A stretch of 64,000 nucleotides of DNA from Bacteroidales bacterium (GTDB taxonomy: Bacteria > Bacteroidota > Bacteroidia > Bacteroidales > UBA7960): contig JAWLCS010000014.1 of NCBI GenBank assembly GCA_041687035.1, forward strand, positions 581 through 64,580, given 5' to 3'. The position numbers and the translations under genes were made by a program. Numbering within the stretch: the first letter of the stretch is position 1; each line of letters starts with the position of its first letter. This document shows, in pieces, positions 38,226-48,224 of this stretch. The notes beneath the pieces were generated by a model, which saw only the letters and a program-made list of their open reading frames with translations, had not been told where the DNA came from and ran no database searches.

Positions 38226-38774
38226 TCAAATGGCTCTTTCAATAATTTTTTGTTCCCTTGCAATCCATTCTTGCAAAATGGTGCGGGCTCTCGACAGGTT
38301 GGAGCGCGAGGTCGATTCGGAAATCCCAAGCAACTCGCCTATCTCTTTATGGTTCATTCCTTCGAGTACCGAGAGGTTAAAAACCAGGCGGTACTGATCG
38401 GGCAGCAATTGTATCAGGTTGAGCAACTCGCCAAGGCCCAGCTTTTCAGGCCCGCTGTTGTCTTCTGTGTGGCTTCCATTTTCATTGAGATCATCTACCG
38501 AAAGGTGATAAATACGCTCGCGGTATTTCTCAATAGCGGTGCGTATCATGATCCGCTTAATCCACCCTTCGAGACTGCCCTGTTCCCTGAGGGTATGTAG
38601 TTTCTCAAAAACCTTTATGAAGCCCTCCTGGAGAATATCCTGGGCTTCGTCGTGGCTACCGGCATAACGAAGGCACACCCCATACATCTTTTTTGAGAAG
38701 TGGGTGTACAACTTATACTGGTCGGCCTTATTGTTTTTAAGACAACCTTTAATGATTTTTTTCAGGGAATCCAT
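38226..38774 (-). CDS. ECF-type RNA polymerase sigma-70 family factor
   Basis: Region 2 (AQDILQEGFIKVF) and region 4 (MNHKEIGELLGISESTSRSNLSRAR), about 182 aa. Confidence 0.88.
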   Translation of the reverse strand: MDSLKKIIKGCLKNNKADQYKLYTHFSKKMYGVCLRYAGSHDEAQDILQEGFIKVFEKLHTLREQGSLEGWIKRIMIRTAIEKYRERIYHLSVDDLNENGSHTEDNSGPEKLGLGELLNLIQLLPDQYRLVFNLSVLEGMNHKEIGELLGISESTSRSNLSRARTILQEWIAREQKIIERAI

Positions 38775-39411
38775 CAAATGAATTCTTTAGCCAAAAACAA
38801 AGATAAGAATTCCTGTAAAATGATATACCCTGTAAAAAAACGTTTTCAAATATCAAAGAACGTTGAGGCAAAACGATTTAACCATCTTACCCGAAGCCGG
38901 GCTACGCCAGAATTCAGCAGCGCCGGCACGAAACAATCCCGCGACAGACCAGGAGGGAAACCTGGCCTTAGCGGAAAAGTACTTATGAATTATAGGGGAA
39001 ACAAGCCGTGTGAAAAAGGTTTCAGGGAAATGGCCGCGGGTTAGTTGTTTGGTTAATGTTGTTTGCAGCTTCTTTACCCGAACAAAAGCCCGGGAAAAGT
39101 TGGTGCGGCCATTACCGTGTACCCCTGAAACGCATACAAAACCTGAAAAACGGAAAATATATAAAAGGAGAAATTTCCGCTATAAAGAAACAGGTCTAAT
39201 GGTATTTAAAACCATTCAAAATGTAAAGAACTTTTTGCCAAAAACACGTGGTGTATTCTTACAATTTATAGACGGTAATACCGATGCAAACGCTGCGTTG
39301 ACCGCGAAAAAAAATTATGATTGATGATTGATGATTAATGATTAAACAAAACGAAATGATTAATAACAACAATTAATCAGGTTAAATTAATGATTGAAAA
39401 AATTTTATCAC

Positions 39412-41637
39412 CTATGAGCTTTCACTCATTTTTATGAAATCGAGCATCAGGTCCATATCAAACTGGCTTATCCCGAATTTTTCCAGATGTTTTCGATCTT
39501 CGTTAAACGAAGCTTTAAAGTCTGTGAAGCTACCCATGCGTTCCAGGCTCTGGCGATAGCATTTCAGCGCCTCGTCAGCTTTTCCCTGGCACCAAAGCAC
39601 ATGGCCAAGGTTTTCGAGGTCGTGGGGATTGGCCGGGTCGTTGGCCAGCAGGCGTTCCAGGTAATCTTGCGCGGTTTCGAGCTTCCCGATAAGGAATGAA
39701 CACCAGGCCAGGGGGCGGCGAATGCGATGATTTTCAGGCGCCAGCACTTCAATTTTAAAGTAATAGTCGAGGGCTTCCTCGTAGCGCTCCAAATGCACCA
39801 GGCACTGCCCAATATTGGCCTGCACCTTCAGGTCGTCGGGTTCGGCTTTTTCTACCTGGCGGTAATAGCGCAGGGCATCTTCCCAATGGTTCAGGTACTT
39901 GCTGCAAAAAGCCAGTTTACGCATGATCCAGGGGCGATCAGAATCGATCAGATCGGCTCTCAGGTAATAGTCGTAAGCCTTGTCGAACTGCCCTTCTTTC
40001 TCATAGCAGTAGGCAATTTTTTCGAAAAGTTCTATGTTGCTTTTATCGTTTCCCAGCATTCCGAGATAAACCTTTAGGGCATCAGAATAGAACTTTTTGT
40101 CGAAAAACAATTCGGCAATATTTCGTATGGTTTTCTGGCCCGAAACCAGGTGCTTTACAAAGGCAGTGTCGTATAAGTCGACACCCAAGTCGAAAATGTC
40201 ATCAACCTCCTGCCGCCAGGGGTGAATCTTAAAAAAACGATACAGGTCCTGAAAATACTGTGTATAAATACTTTTGGTAGCAGCGAAGCTGTTAAGCAGG
40301 CTTTCGTCCTGCTCAATCTCAGAGAAACTGCTCATTTCGTTGCTGAGCATATTCATCATCATGGCCTTTTGCTGCTCGGGCACCAAGCTCAGGTTAAGGC
40401 AAAACGAGTACTTGTCGCTGTTACACATAAAATAGCTGTTTTCCAGCTTTTGCACCAAGGGGCCCAGGTCGGTTTGTCCGCTGCCCGAACCCATGCCCGT
40501 CTGAATGGCCTCATTTTCAAAATAAAAGGGCACAAACCAGTTGCTTATTTCGCGGAAAAACGGGAAGCCTTTCAACTGTGAAAACGCACTCATAAACACA
40601 TCCATACCCTCGAGCTGCATCTCGGTGAACTCCTGCAGCTTGTCGAGCAGGCCGGGTGCATCTTCAAATACCGTTTCCCAGTCGGGATTTTTTTCCTCCC
40701 CAAATTCCTCCTTAAAAATCTGGTCCAGCTCCAGCTTTTCTTCAATCTTCGGGCGCATCTTGAGCATGGCAGGCATAATCTCCTCTTCCCACTTGCGGCG
40801 CACTTTTTCGGTTTCTTTCGACTTGGTAAACTGAATAACAATGGCTTCAATGTGCTTTTCAATATCAGGAAACTCGCGGAAGGCAAGGGTTTTTTCTTCC
40901 AGCACCGGATAAAGGTAAAAGCGGTCGTTATATTTTAGAAATGCTACAAACAAGCCCACCATTGCGCGTTCCCACACCAGCTCTTCCTTTTTTTCAGCAA
41001 ACCGAAACAGGATCATAAATTTGCTCACATCGAAGTAGCGCAGCAGACTCAGGGTGAGGGCACTCACCACCAGTGCCTTGTCGTGCCAAGGCAGTTTTTC
41101 TGAGTCGCAGGCGGCATTGAGCAGTTCTATCTCGGCATCCGAATATTTGTCAGTAAGCCAAATAATGTTGAAAATTTTTATCAGCGCCTCTTCGCGCAAC
41201 GGCATCTGGCTGCTGTCGCCCACATTCACCTCCTTTAACAAACCTGAAAGTTGCTTGTCGAAGGTCAGCTGTTCCAAATAAGCCAGCGCCTCACGTCGTT
41301 CGAGTCGTCGCTCCCGCAGCAGGGCGTTTTTTATCTGGTAGGTATTGTTGCTTCGGGCATCGGTAAGCAGAATTTCCTTCAGCTCATCGGCTAGTTCTAG
41401 CAGGCTGCGGATCAGATAATGATACACCTTTTCGCGCTCGGGATCATGGGCAGCTGCAAAGGAATGCTTCAGAATGTTGCGGTAGGTCTCAAGCAGGCTG
41501 TCGAGCCGGTCGTTTATAAATTCCTTCTGCGTTTCCTTTACCAGCAGGCGAAGCCGCTCCATGGCGCCATAAACCTGACGGGTATGCAGTAAATTTACTA
41601 TTGTTCGGTATTCCTGTAAAACTTTTTGGTGAAGCAT
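39412..41637 (-). CDS. Large tetratricopeptide-repeat protein, function unknown
   Basis: The C-terminal third has clear TPR units (FEKIAYCYEKEGQFDKAYDYYLRA..., ALRYYRQVEKAEPDD..., ALDYYFKIEVLAPEN..., ALKCYRQSLE). The start is set at the ATG at 41637 (MLHQKV...). Confidence 0.7.
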   Translation of the reverse strand: MLHQKVLQEYRTIVNLLHTRQVYGAMERLRLLVKETQKEFINDRLDSLLETYRNILKHSFAAAHDPEREKVYHYLIRSLLELADELKEILLTDARSNNTYQIKNALLRERRLERREALAYLEQLTFDKQLSGLLKEVNVGDSSQMPLREEALIKIFNIIWLTDKYSDAEIELLNAACDSEKLPWHDKALVVSALTLSLLRYFDVSKFMILFRFAEKKEELVWERAMVGLFVAFLKYNDRFYLYPVLEEKTLAFREFPDIEKHIEAIVIQFTKSKETEKVRRKWEEEIMPAMLKMRPKIEEKLELDQIFKEEFGEEKNPDWETVFEDAPGLLDKLQEFTEMQLEGMDVFMSAFSQLKGFPFFREISNWFVPFYFENEAIQTGMGSGSGQTDLGPLVQKLENSYFMCNSDKYSFCLNLSLVPEQQKAMMMNMLSNEMSSFSEIEQDESLLNSFAATKSIYTQYFQDLYRFFKIHPWRQEVDDIFDLGVDLYDTAFVKHLVSGQKTIRNIAELFFDKKFYSDALKVYLGMLGNDKSNIELFEKIAYCYEKEGQFDKAYDYYLRADLIDSDRPWIMRKLAFCSKYLNHWEDALRYYRQVEKAEPDDLKVQANIGQCLVHLERYEEALDYYFKIEVLAPENHRIRRPLAWCSFLIGKLETAQDYLERLLANDPANPHDLENLGHVLWCQGKADEALKCYRQSLERMGSFTDFKASFNEDRKHLEKFGISQFDMDLMLDFIKMSESS

Positions 41638-41766
41638 AACAATATTTTTTGATAAGGCAGACGAATAGCCGCGGGCAAAACCGGTCAAAATTTATGCCCT
41701 TTACCAAATAAACAAAAAAACCTCCAAATTGTCAGAAAACCGGGCCGTAAAAAACCGGCCGTTTTG

Positions 41767-43824
41767 TCAGCGAACGATGGTTATAACGCCTTCGGCCGTT
41801 CGGCGCTCGTCGCCACGGGTGTATGTGAGCACATAAAAATAGGTTCCAGCAGGGGCATCGCGGCCATCCCACCAATTGTTGTAGTAGTCAGAATGCTCAA
41901 ACACCTTTTTCCCCCAGCGGTTAAAAATGACCATCTGCGCCTGGTAATGCTCCAGGTTTAGTATTTCGAAATAGTCGTTGATCCCATCATTGTTGGGAGT
42001 AAACACATTGGGTATGGTAAGCTCGCAATTCTGTTCGGTTACCGAAATGTCGAAAAAGTCAAAACAACCTGTTTCCTCATCCGTTACCTGCACCATGTAT
42101 AAGCCAGGGTTTTTGGCCATAATGGTATCATACACCGCACCGGGAATTTCCACATTATTGAATGACCACTGGTACGACCATACTGGGCTCGTATTGTTTA
42201 AAGGCGCCACGCTGAGCAAGGTGGAGTCTCCTTCGCAGATAGGAAGTTCAATTTCGGAAACAATTTCTGCTTCGGGCAGCGGCCTGACATACACCACCAA
42301 AGTGGTATCGAAGGTGCAGCCAAAGTTGTCGGTAACCTCGAACCTGAAGCTGTGGTTCCCGGTTTCTTCCACCGATACGGCCACTGGGTTGCCCTGCAGG
42401 GGAGTCGTTCCCTTATACCACCTGCGCTGCACAATCTCTGGAAAAAAGATGAGCGAATCGGGGTAGAAACCTTCGGCAAAAAAGAGGCTCCAGCTGAAGA
42501 TAAAACCGTTGTCGCCCGGCACCTGGTCTTTTACCCTCAGGGTCCATTCGCCGTTGAGCGGGCAGCCCACCAGGGCATTGAGGTTTTCGTCGGGCGTATA
42601 CAGGCCGGCCGGCAGATAAGCCGCATTGAAATAGTAGTTTCCGGCCTGGTCGGTATATTCGTGAAAAAGCGGTGCGGTTTGTCCCATGGTACCATAGGCA
42701 GGCTCGCTCGAAAAGCAGTAATTGTAACCCACTCCAGGCGTGGTATTGTCCCATATCACGGGTTCGCCAAGGTTTGCCGCTCCCGTGCCATATTCTTTAA
42801 GGGTGATACGATTGCCGCTGGGGCACTCCATTTCAAACTGTAGTTGCCCGTTAACGGCATGTTCAATATTAAGGCATATCCGGTCAATATCAAGGGCTGA
42901 CAGGATAACATCATCCTCTCCGAAAATGTCAAAAACCAGCGACGACTCGTATATTTCGCTAGTGCCATCGGGTATGGCCACCGTTTCGGTTACCGAAGTG
43001 GGGAAACCGGTCCAAATGGTAGGCGTAGCAACCCCTACCAGCGAAAAAGTCTCGCCCGAACAGGCCGTATCGATGGTGGCAATGGTTCCGTCAAAACTGG
43101 GGAAGGTGCCCAGTTTGATCACCTCCGTGACTGAGGCTTCACAACCATTGCCAGGGTCGTTGGCAACCAGGGTCAAAGGATAGGCACCGGGGTCAGAAAA
43201 GGTGGTTGAAAAATTCGGGCCGGTCATTTGCATGCCATCCAAAAACCACTGGAAGGTAATCTGCGAAGGGTTAAAGGAAATATTTTCGGGAAGATAAGTG
43301 GCCAAAGCGGTGAAATCGACCAGCCCGGCATCGGGGCAATAGTCGAAGGTACCGGCTGCGGGGTTTATTGTTGCCACAAAGGTTTCGCACAGACTAAGGC
43401 ATTGCAGCGCTGCCTGCCAGCCATTGCCCTGCTCTGAAGGCGACGACACAAAACGAAAATGCAGGCAGCCATCAGAGGCGTAAACGCTGCGGCCCTGCAA
43501 CTGGGTACCCGTGGCTTCCCAAAGCAAAGGTGCTGAAGCATCGGGGCCATCGTAAACATATAGTACATCGCCATTCCCAAGCTGAAATTGCCCGAAGAGA
43601 ACCTCCAGCACTGGCTGCAAGGCATCGCTGCTGCAGAAAGTTACCGAGAAATCTTCGTTGGGGCCATAAGGTGTCTGAAAATTGCCGCCACTGTCGGTAA
43701 AAGTTCCCGAGCATGACTCAACCGTTTGGCCGTTGTGCACATCAATGGGAAAATTTACCTGGGAAAATCCCGAAAGGGCAAACGTAAAAAGAAAGGAAAA
43801 GAGAAAAAGTCGGATATGAAGCAT
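41767..43824 (-). CDS. Secreted multi-domain protein with proprotein-convertase P-like domain and T9SS type B (gliding-motility-associated) C-terminal sorting domain
   Basis: The C-terminus IPNVFTPNNDGINDYFEI...FNRWGKKVFE...WDG...GTYFYVL is the classic type B CTD. An internal LNIEHAVNGQLQFEMECPSG is P-domain-like. A signal peptide follows the ATG at 43824. Confidence 0.8.
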   Translation of the reverse strand: MLHIRLFLFSFLFTFALSGFSQVNFPIDVHNGQTVESCSGTFTDSGGNFQTPYGPNEDFSVTFCSSDALQPVLEVLFGQFQLGNGDVLYVYDGPDASAPLLWEATGTQLQGRSVYASDGCLHFRFVSSPSEQGNGWQAALQCLSLCETFVATINPAAGTFDYCPDAGLVDFTALATYLPENISFNPSQITFQWFLDGMQMTGPNFSTTFSDPGAYPLTLVANDPGNGCEASVTEVIKLGTFPSFDGTIATIDTACSGETFSLVGVATPTIWTGFPTSVTETVAIPDGTSEIYESSLVFDIFGEDDVILSALDIDRICLNIEHAVNGQLQFEMECPSGNRITLKEYGTGAANLGEPVIWDNTTPGVGYNYCFSSEPAYGTMGQTAPLFHEYTDQAGNYYFNAAYLPAGLYTPDENLNALVGCPLNGEWTLRVKDQVPGDNGFIFSWSLFFAEGFYPDSLIFFPEIVQRRWYKGTTPLQGNPVAVSVEETGNHSFRFEVTDNFGCTFDTTLVVYVRPLPEAEIVSEIELPICEGDSTLLSVAPLNNTSPVWSYQWSFNNVEIPGAVYDTIMAKNPGLYMVQVTDEETGCFDFFDISVTEQNCELTIPNVFTPNNDGINDYFEILNLEHYQAQMVIFNRWGKKVFEHSDYYNNWWDGRDAPAGTYFYVLTYTRGDERRTAEGVITIVR

Positions 43825-43970
43825 GCAGAAAGTTTTGTTTGCACCAGGGTGCCATTCCGGTGCATTGGTTTTCAATGATAAATACGGTTAAACTTAGTGT
43901 TTTATTTTGTGCAATCCGTAATCTCCAAAATTAAAAAAAATATGGTTTTTTAATTGTAATTTTGCAAGCT

Positions 43971-45761
43971 ATGAAAAACATAAGGAACTTTTGTATAATT
44001 GCCCATATCGACCACGGAAAAAGCACCTTGGCAGACCGTCTGCTTCAGACCACCAAAACCATCAGCGACAGGGACTTTAAAGACCAATTGCTCGACAACA
44101 TGGATCTGGAACGTGAGCGTGGCATCACCATAAAAAGTCATGCCATACAAATGGATCATGAGTTTGAAGGGCAGCAATACAAACTTAACCTTATCGATAC
44201 ACCTGGCCACGTAGACTTCAGTTACGAAGTTTCGCGCTCTATTGCCGCCTGCGAAGGCGCATTGCTTATCGTGGATGCCTCGCAGGGCATCGAAGCACAA
44301 ACCATTTCCAACCTTTACCTTGCCCTCGATCACGACCTGGTGATCATTCCGGTACTGAACAAAATGGACTTGCCCGGTGCCATGCCCGAAGAGGTGGCCG
44401 ACCAGATTGTCGACCTGATTGGTTGCGATCACGAAGACATCATTCCTGCCAGCGGAAAAACCGGATTTGGCGTGGATGCCATCCTGGAAGCCATCGTAAA
44501 GCGCATTCCGGCCCCTAAGGGCGACCCCGAAGCCCCGCTGGAGGCCTTGATTTTCGATTCGGTATACAACCCTTTCAGGGGAGTGATCGCCTATTTCAGG
44601 GTAATGAACGGTGAGATACGCACCAACGAACGTGTAAAGTTTATGAACACCCGGCGCGAATATAATGCCGACGAGGTGGGTGTGCTCAAGCTGGCGCAGT
44701 TGCCCAAACCGGTGATCTCGGCCGGCGATGTGGGCTATATCATTTCCGGCATTAAGGATGCCCGCGAAGTGAAGGTAGGCGATACCATTACCCACGTGAA
44801 GCGTCCGGTGAAGCAAGCTATCCAGGGTTTTGAAAATGTGAAGCCCATGGTTTTTGCCGGCATATACCCGGTTGAAACGGATGATTTCGAAGAGCTACGC
44901 ACGGCCATGGAAAAGCTGCAGCTCAACGATGCCTCGCTTACCTACGAGCCCGAGTCATCGGCAGCCCTGGGCTTTGGCTTCAGATGCGGGTTCCTTGGCA
45001 TGCTGCATATGGAAATCGTGCAGGAACGCCTTGAAAGGGAGTTCGATATGACGGTGATTAACACGGTACCCAACGTGTCGTACCATGCTTTCACCACCAA
45101 GGGCGAAATGAAGGTGGTAAACAACCCTTCCGACCTTCCTGGTCCCAACGTGCTCGACTATATCGAAGAGCCCTATATCGTGGCCCAGATCATCACAAAA
45201 TCAGAATTTATTGGGGCGGTCATGTCGCTGTGCCTCGACAAACGTGGTATTGTAAAAAACCAGGTATACCTTACCACCGACCGTGTGGAGATGACCTTCG
45301 AAATGCCACTGGCCGAGATTGTGTTTGATTTTTATGACCGCCTGAAGACCATTTCCAGGGGTTACGCCTCTTTCGATTATCACCCTACCGACTACAGGCA
45401 CTCCGACCTGGTAAGGCTCGACATTATGCTCAACGGCGATCCGGTTGATGCGCTTTCGGCCCTGATTCACCGCGTTAACTCCTACAACTTCGGGAAACGG
45501 ATTTGCGAGAAGCTTCGACAACTTATCCCCAGGCAGCAGTTCGACATTGCCATTCAGGCTGGCATTGGCTCAAAGGTTATTGCCCGCGAAACAGTGAAGG
45601 CCCTCCGCAAGGACGTTACCGCCAAATGTTATGGGGGTGACATTTCGCGAAAGCGCAAGCTGCTCGAAAAGCAAAAGAAGGGGAAAAAGCGCATGCGCCA
45701 GATCGGAAATGTGGAAGTGCCTCAGCAGGCCTTCATGGCGGTGCTCAAGCTCGACGACTAG
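43971..45761 (+). CDS. lepA: Elongation factor 4
   Basis: [37 protein letters not shown], and the LepA-specific C-terminus (...[24 protein letters not shown]). The start is set at the ATG at 43971, not the upstream TTG used in the ORF track. Confidence 0.95.
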   Translation: MKNIRNFCIIAHIDHGKSTLADRLLQTTKTISDRDFKDQLLDNMDLERERGITIKSHAIQMDHEFEGQQYKLNLIDTPGHVDFSYEVSRSIAACEGALLIVDASQGIEAQTISNLYLALDHDLVIIPVLNKMDLPGAMPEEVADQIVDLIGCDHEDIIPASGKTGFGVDAILEAIVKRIPAPKGDPEAPLEALIFDSVYNPFRGVIAYFRVMNGEIRTNERVKFMNTRREYNADEVGVLKLAQLPKPVISAGDVGYIISGIKDAREVKVGDTITHVKRPVKQAIQGFENVKPMVFAGIYPVETDDFEELRTAMEKLQLNDASLTYEPESSAALGFGFRCGFLGMLHMEIVQERLEREFDMTVINTVPNVSYHAFTTKGEMKVVNNPSDLPGPNVLDYIEEPYIVAQIITKSEFIGAVMSLCLDKRGIVKNQVYLTTDRVEMTFEMPLAEIVFDFYDRLKTISRGYASFDYHPTDYRHSDLVRLDIMLNGDPVDALSALIHRVNSYNFGKRICEKLRQLIPRQQFDIAIQAGIGSKVIARETVKALRKDVTAKCYGGDISRKRKLLEKQKKGKKRMRQIGNVEVPQQAFMAVLKLDD

Positions 45762-46462
45762 TCCTGATCTTCTGGTTCAGACTTTTCTTTGTGACCGGCG
45801 CCAGCCACCACAATGCATATCTCCCCTTTTACCGTACCCTTTTCAAAATGCGTCACCAACTCCTGCAGGGTGCCTCTTGCATTCTCCTCGTGCATTTTGC
45901 TAAGCTCACGCGAAACGCTGGCTTTTCGCTCATCCCCAAAGACCTCGGCAAAGTTTTTCAGGGTTTTTACCAGGCGGTGGGGCGATTCATAAAATACCAT
46001 GGTACGGGTTTCGCCGGCCAGGGCTGCCAGGCGGGTGCTGCGTCCCTTTTTCTGGGGAAGAAAACCCTCAAAGCAAAAGCGGTCGTTGGGTAAGCCCGAA
46101 TTGACCAGAGCCGGCACAAAGGCCGTGGCGCCAGGCAGACATTCTACCTCTATCCCCTGCCGAATGCATTCGCGAACCAGCAAAAAACCGGGGTCGGAAA
46201 TGGCCGGAGTGCCTGCATCGCTGGCCAGCGCAATACTCATACCCGAATTTAACTTAGCAATAAGGGTCTGCAGGGTTTTGTGCTCGTTGTGCAGGTGGTG
46301 TGCCATCATGGGAACCTTAATGTTGTAGTGCTGAAGCAGCTTACCGGTGGTGCGGGTGTCTTCGGCCAGCAGCAGGTCTACCTCGCCCAGTATTCGAATG
46401 GCCCGCAAGGTCATATCCTCCAGGTTGCCAATGGGCGTAGGTATGATGTAAAGCTTGGACAT
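45758..46462 (-). CDS. rsmI: 16S rRNA (cytidine1402-2'-O)-methyltransferase
   Basis: [22 protein letters not shown]..., [17 protein letters not shown], and FEGFLP motifs. The start is set at the ATG at 46462. Confidence 0.9.
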   Translation of the reverse strand: MSKLYIIPTPIGNLEDMTLRAIRILGEVDLLLAEDTRTTGKLLQHYNIKVPMMAHHLHNEHKTLQTLIAKLNSGMSIALASDAGTPAISDPGFLLVRECIRQGIEVECLPGATAFVPALVNSGLPNDRFCFEGFLPQKKGRSTRLAALAGETRTMVFYESPHRLVKTLKNFAEVFGDERKASVSRELSKMHEENARGTLQELVTHFEKGTVKGEICIVVAGAGHKEKSEPEDQD

Positions 46463-46484
46463 TTTTTCGAAAAAAGAAACAGGG

Positions 46485-47351
46485 CTACCGCTCCATGTAA
46501 CGCCGCTGCACAAAGTTGGCCAACTTCTCAATGGTTTGGGCCGAGCGCTTCTCGTCCCAGCCCAGAAGGTCGTTGAGTTCGTTCAGGTAATCGAAGGCTT
46601 CATGCATGTTGCCAAACTCGTTGAGACGTGCAACAGACTCGTTGTAAACCTGAATGTTTCCACCAAAAAGTTCGTTAATAAACAGAAACTTTTCGTTTAC
46701 TCCAATGGCAGCCTTCAGGTTTGAAACCGGGGTCATTTGCATGCGGGCGCCAATACTCCGGTCCTCCTTCTGTGCCACGATGCGTTTATGCAGGGAGTTG
46801 TCTTCACCTACCAGGCGTTCGCCCACGCTGGAGCCAGTGGTTTGTGCAGAAAACAAGTCAAACAATGACCGGGGCCCATTGCTTACCTCTCCCTTTATTG
46901 GTGACTTTGGTTCGGGTTGTTCAATAGGGGTGGGTTCAGTTTGAGGTTCCGGCTCAGATTGAGGCTCAGGTTGAGGTTCAGGCTCGGGCTCGGCGGGAGT
47001 TTCTGCTTCTGGCTGGGTTTCAGGGATTGCCTCATCAGAAACCTCAGGCACCTCCTCTTCAAGGGGTTCTTCCAGGGGCTTTTCGGCTGCAGCTGCCTCC
47101 GGCTCCGGCTCCGGCTCATATACCGGCGATTCTACCACAGGTGGTTCCACCAGGGTTTGTGATTCTGGATTTTCAAAGGCATGGTGCTGACGACGACGCA
47201 ACATATCGAACTCGCGATAGAGCAAGCGCAGATCTTCCATAACAAGGTCTATCTCCAGGTCAGGGTGCTGGCTGGTTTGTTGATTGATACCATGAGCACG
47301 CTCCACAATCTCTTCAAGTAAATGAATAATACGGTCCTTTATCTCTTGCAT
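46485..47351 (-). CDS. Hypothetical protein with central Pro/Glu-rich low-complexity linker
   Basis: Ordered N- and C-terminal parts flank about 90 aa of PEPEPE/EPQ repeats, encoded by an imperfect short tandem repeat at about 46917-47120. I recognised no family. Confidence 0.5.
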   Translation of the reverse strand: MQEIKDRIIHLLEEIVERAHGINQQTSQHPDLEIDLVMEDLRLLYREFDMLRRRQHHAFENPESQTLVEPPVVESPVYEPEPEPEAAAAEKPLEEPLEEEVPEVSDEAIPETQPEAETPAEPEPEPQPEPQSEPEPQTEPTPIEQPEPKSPIKGEVSNGPRSLFDLFSAQTTGSSVGERLVGEDNSLHKRIVAQKEDRSIGARMQMTPVSNLKAAIGVNEKFLFINELFGGNIQVYNESVARLNEFGNMHEAFDYLNELNDLLGWDEKRSAQTIEKLANFVQRRYMER

Positions 47352-47489
47352 AGCGAAAAAACAAAATAGGTTCTACAAAAAACTTAGATCAAAATCAATA
47401 CAGGATGATGTAAAGTTTATGTTTATTTTTGTGCCTGCCGGGCATAAAAATTTCGCATAAAGGTAACAAAGATTAAAGAAAGACGCTGC

Positions 47490-48065
47490 ATGTTTCTTGA
47501 AAATGACATAGATCGTTCGCGACGCCGTGGCTGGATAGAGGTAATTTGCGGAAGCATGTTTTCGGGCAAGACCGAAGAACTGATTCGCCGGCTGAAGCGG
47601 GCAAAAATTGCGCGCCTGAAGGTTGAAATTTTTAAGCCAGCCATCGACACGCGCTACGACGAAGAAAAGGTGGTATCGCACGATGCCCGCGAAATTATGT
47701 CGACCCCGGTGCCCTCCTCTTCAAACATTCTTTTGCTGGCCAGCGGTGTGGATGTGGTGGGTATCGACGAGGCCCAATTTTTCGATCCCGAGCTCCCCCA
47801 TGTATGCAACCAACTTGCCAATGCCGGCATACGCGTTGTAGTGGCAGGCCTCGATATGGATTTCAAGGGCAAGCCTTTCGGGCCCATGCCTGCCCTGCTG
47901 GCAATGGCCGAGTATATTACAAAGGTTCATGCCGTATGTGTGGAATGCGGCACCCTGGCGCAGTACTCACACCGCACGGTCCTTAGCGAAAAGCTGGTGG
48001 TGCTGGGCGAAACCGAAGCCTACGAACCCTTGTGCAGGGCATGCTACCAGAAGAAGAATGGGTAA
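47490..48065 (+). CDS. tdk: Thymidine kinase
   Basis: [15 protein letters not shown]-loop, IDEAQFF, and C-terminal Zn-binding cysteines (C..CG ... CRAC). Confidence 0.93.
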   Translation: MFLENDIDRSRRRGWIEVICGSMFSGKTEELIRRLKRAKIARLKVEIFKPAIDTRYDEEKVVSHDAREIMSTPVPSSSNILLLASGVDVVGIDEAQFFDPELPHVCNQLANAGIRVVVAGLDMDFKGKPFGPMPALLAMAEYITKVHAVCVECGTLAQYSHRTVLSEKLVVLGETEAYEPLCRACYQKKNG

Positions 48066-48224
48066 GGTAAGGTGCAAAGAGATTGGTGGATTCGTATATT
48101 AGTTAATTGGTAAAAAGTCCTTTTTTAAGGAACTGACATACTTTTTTACTTTGAACCCAGACTGCCCACCAAAGGCGGGTAAACCGTCAGGCAGGCTTGA
48201 ACCTGAAACTTTGAACCTAATCCT

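Noticed and set aside
39010-39324. A 104-aa plus-strand ORF (and the ORF at 38700-39044) in the long gap upstream of the sigma gene.
   Set aside because: The translation is Lys/Arg-rich and low in complexity, with no plausible start context and no recognisable motif. One of the ORFs overlaps the sigma gene start. An RNA or regulatory explanation was preferred, but a small basic protein cannot be fully excluded.
48066-48224. A triple TTGAACC word (CTTTGAACCC, CTTGAACCTGA, CTTTGAACCTA) and small hairpins between tdk and pgi.
   Set aside because: The words are short and degenerate, with no clear terminator T-run or protein-binding symmetry. They are probably spacer sequence with weak terminator hairpins for the convergent genes.
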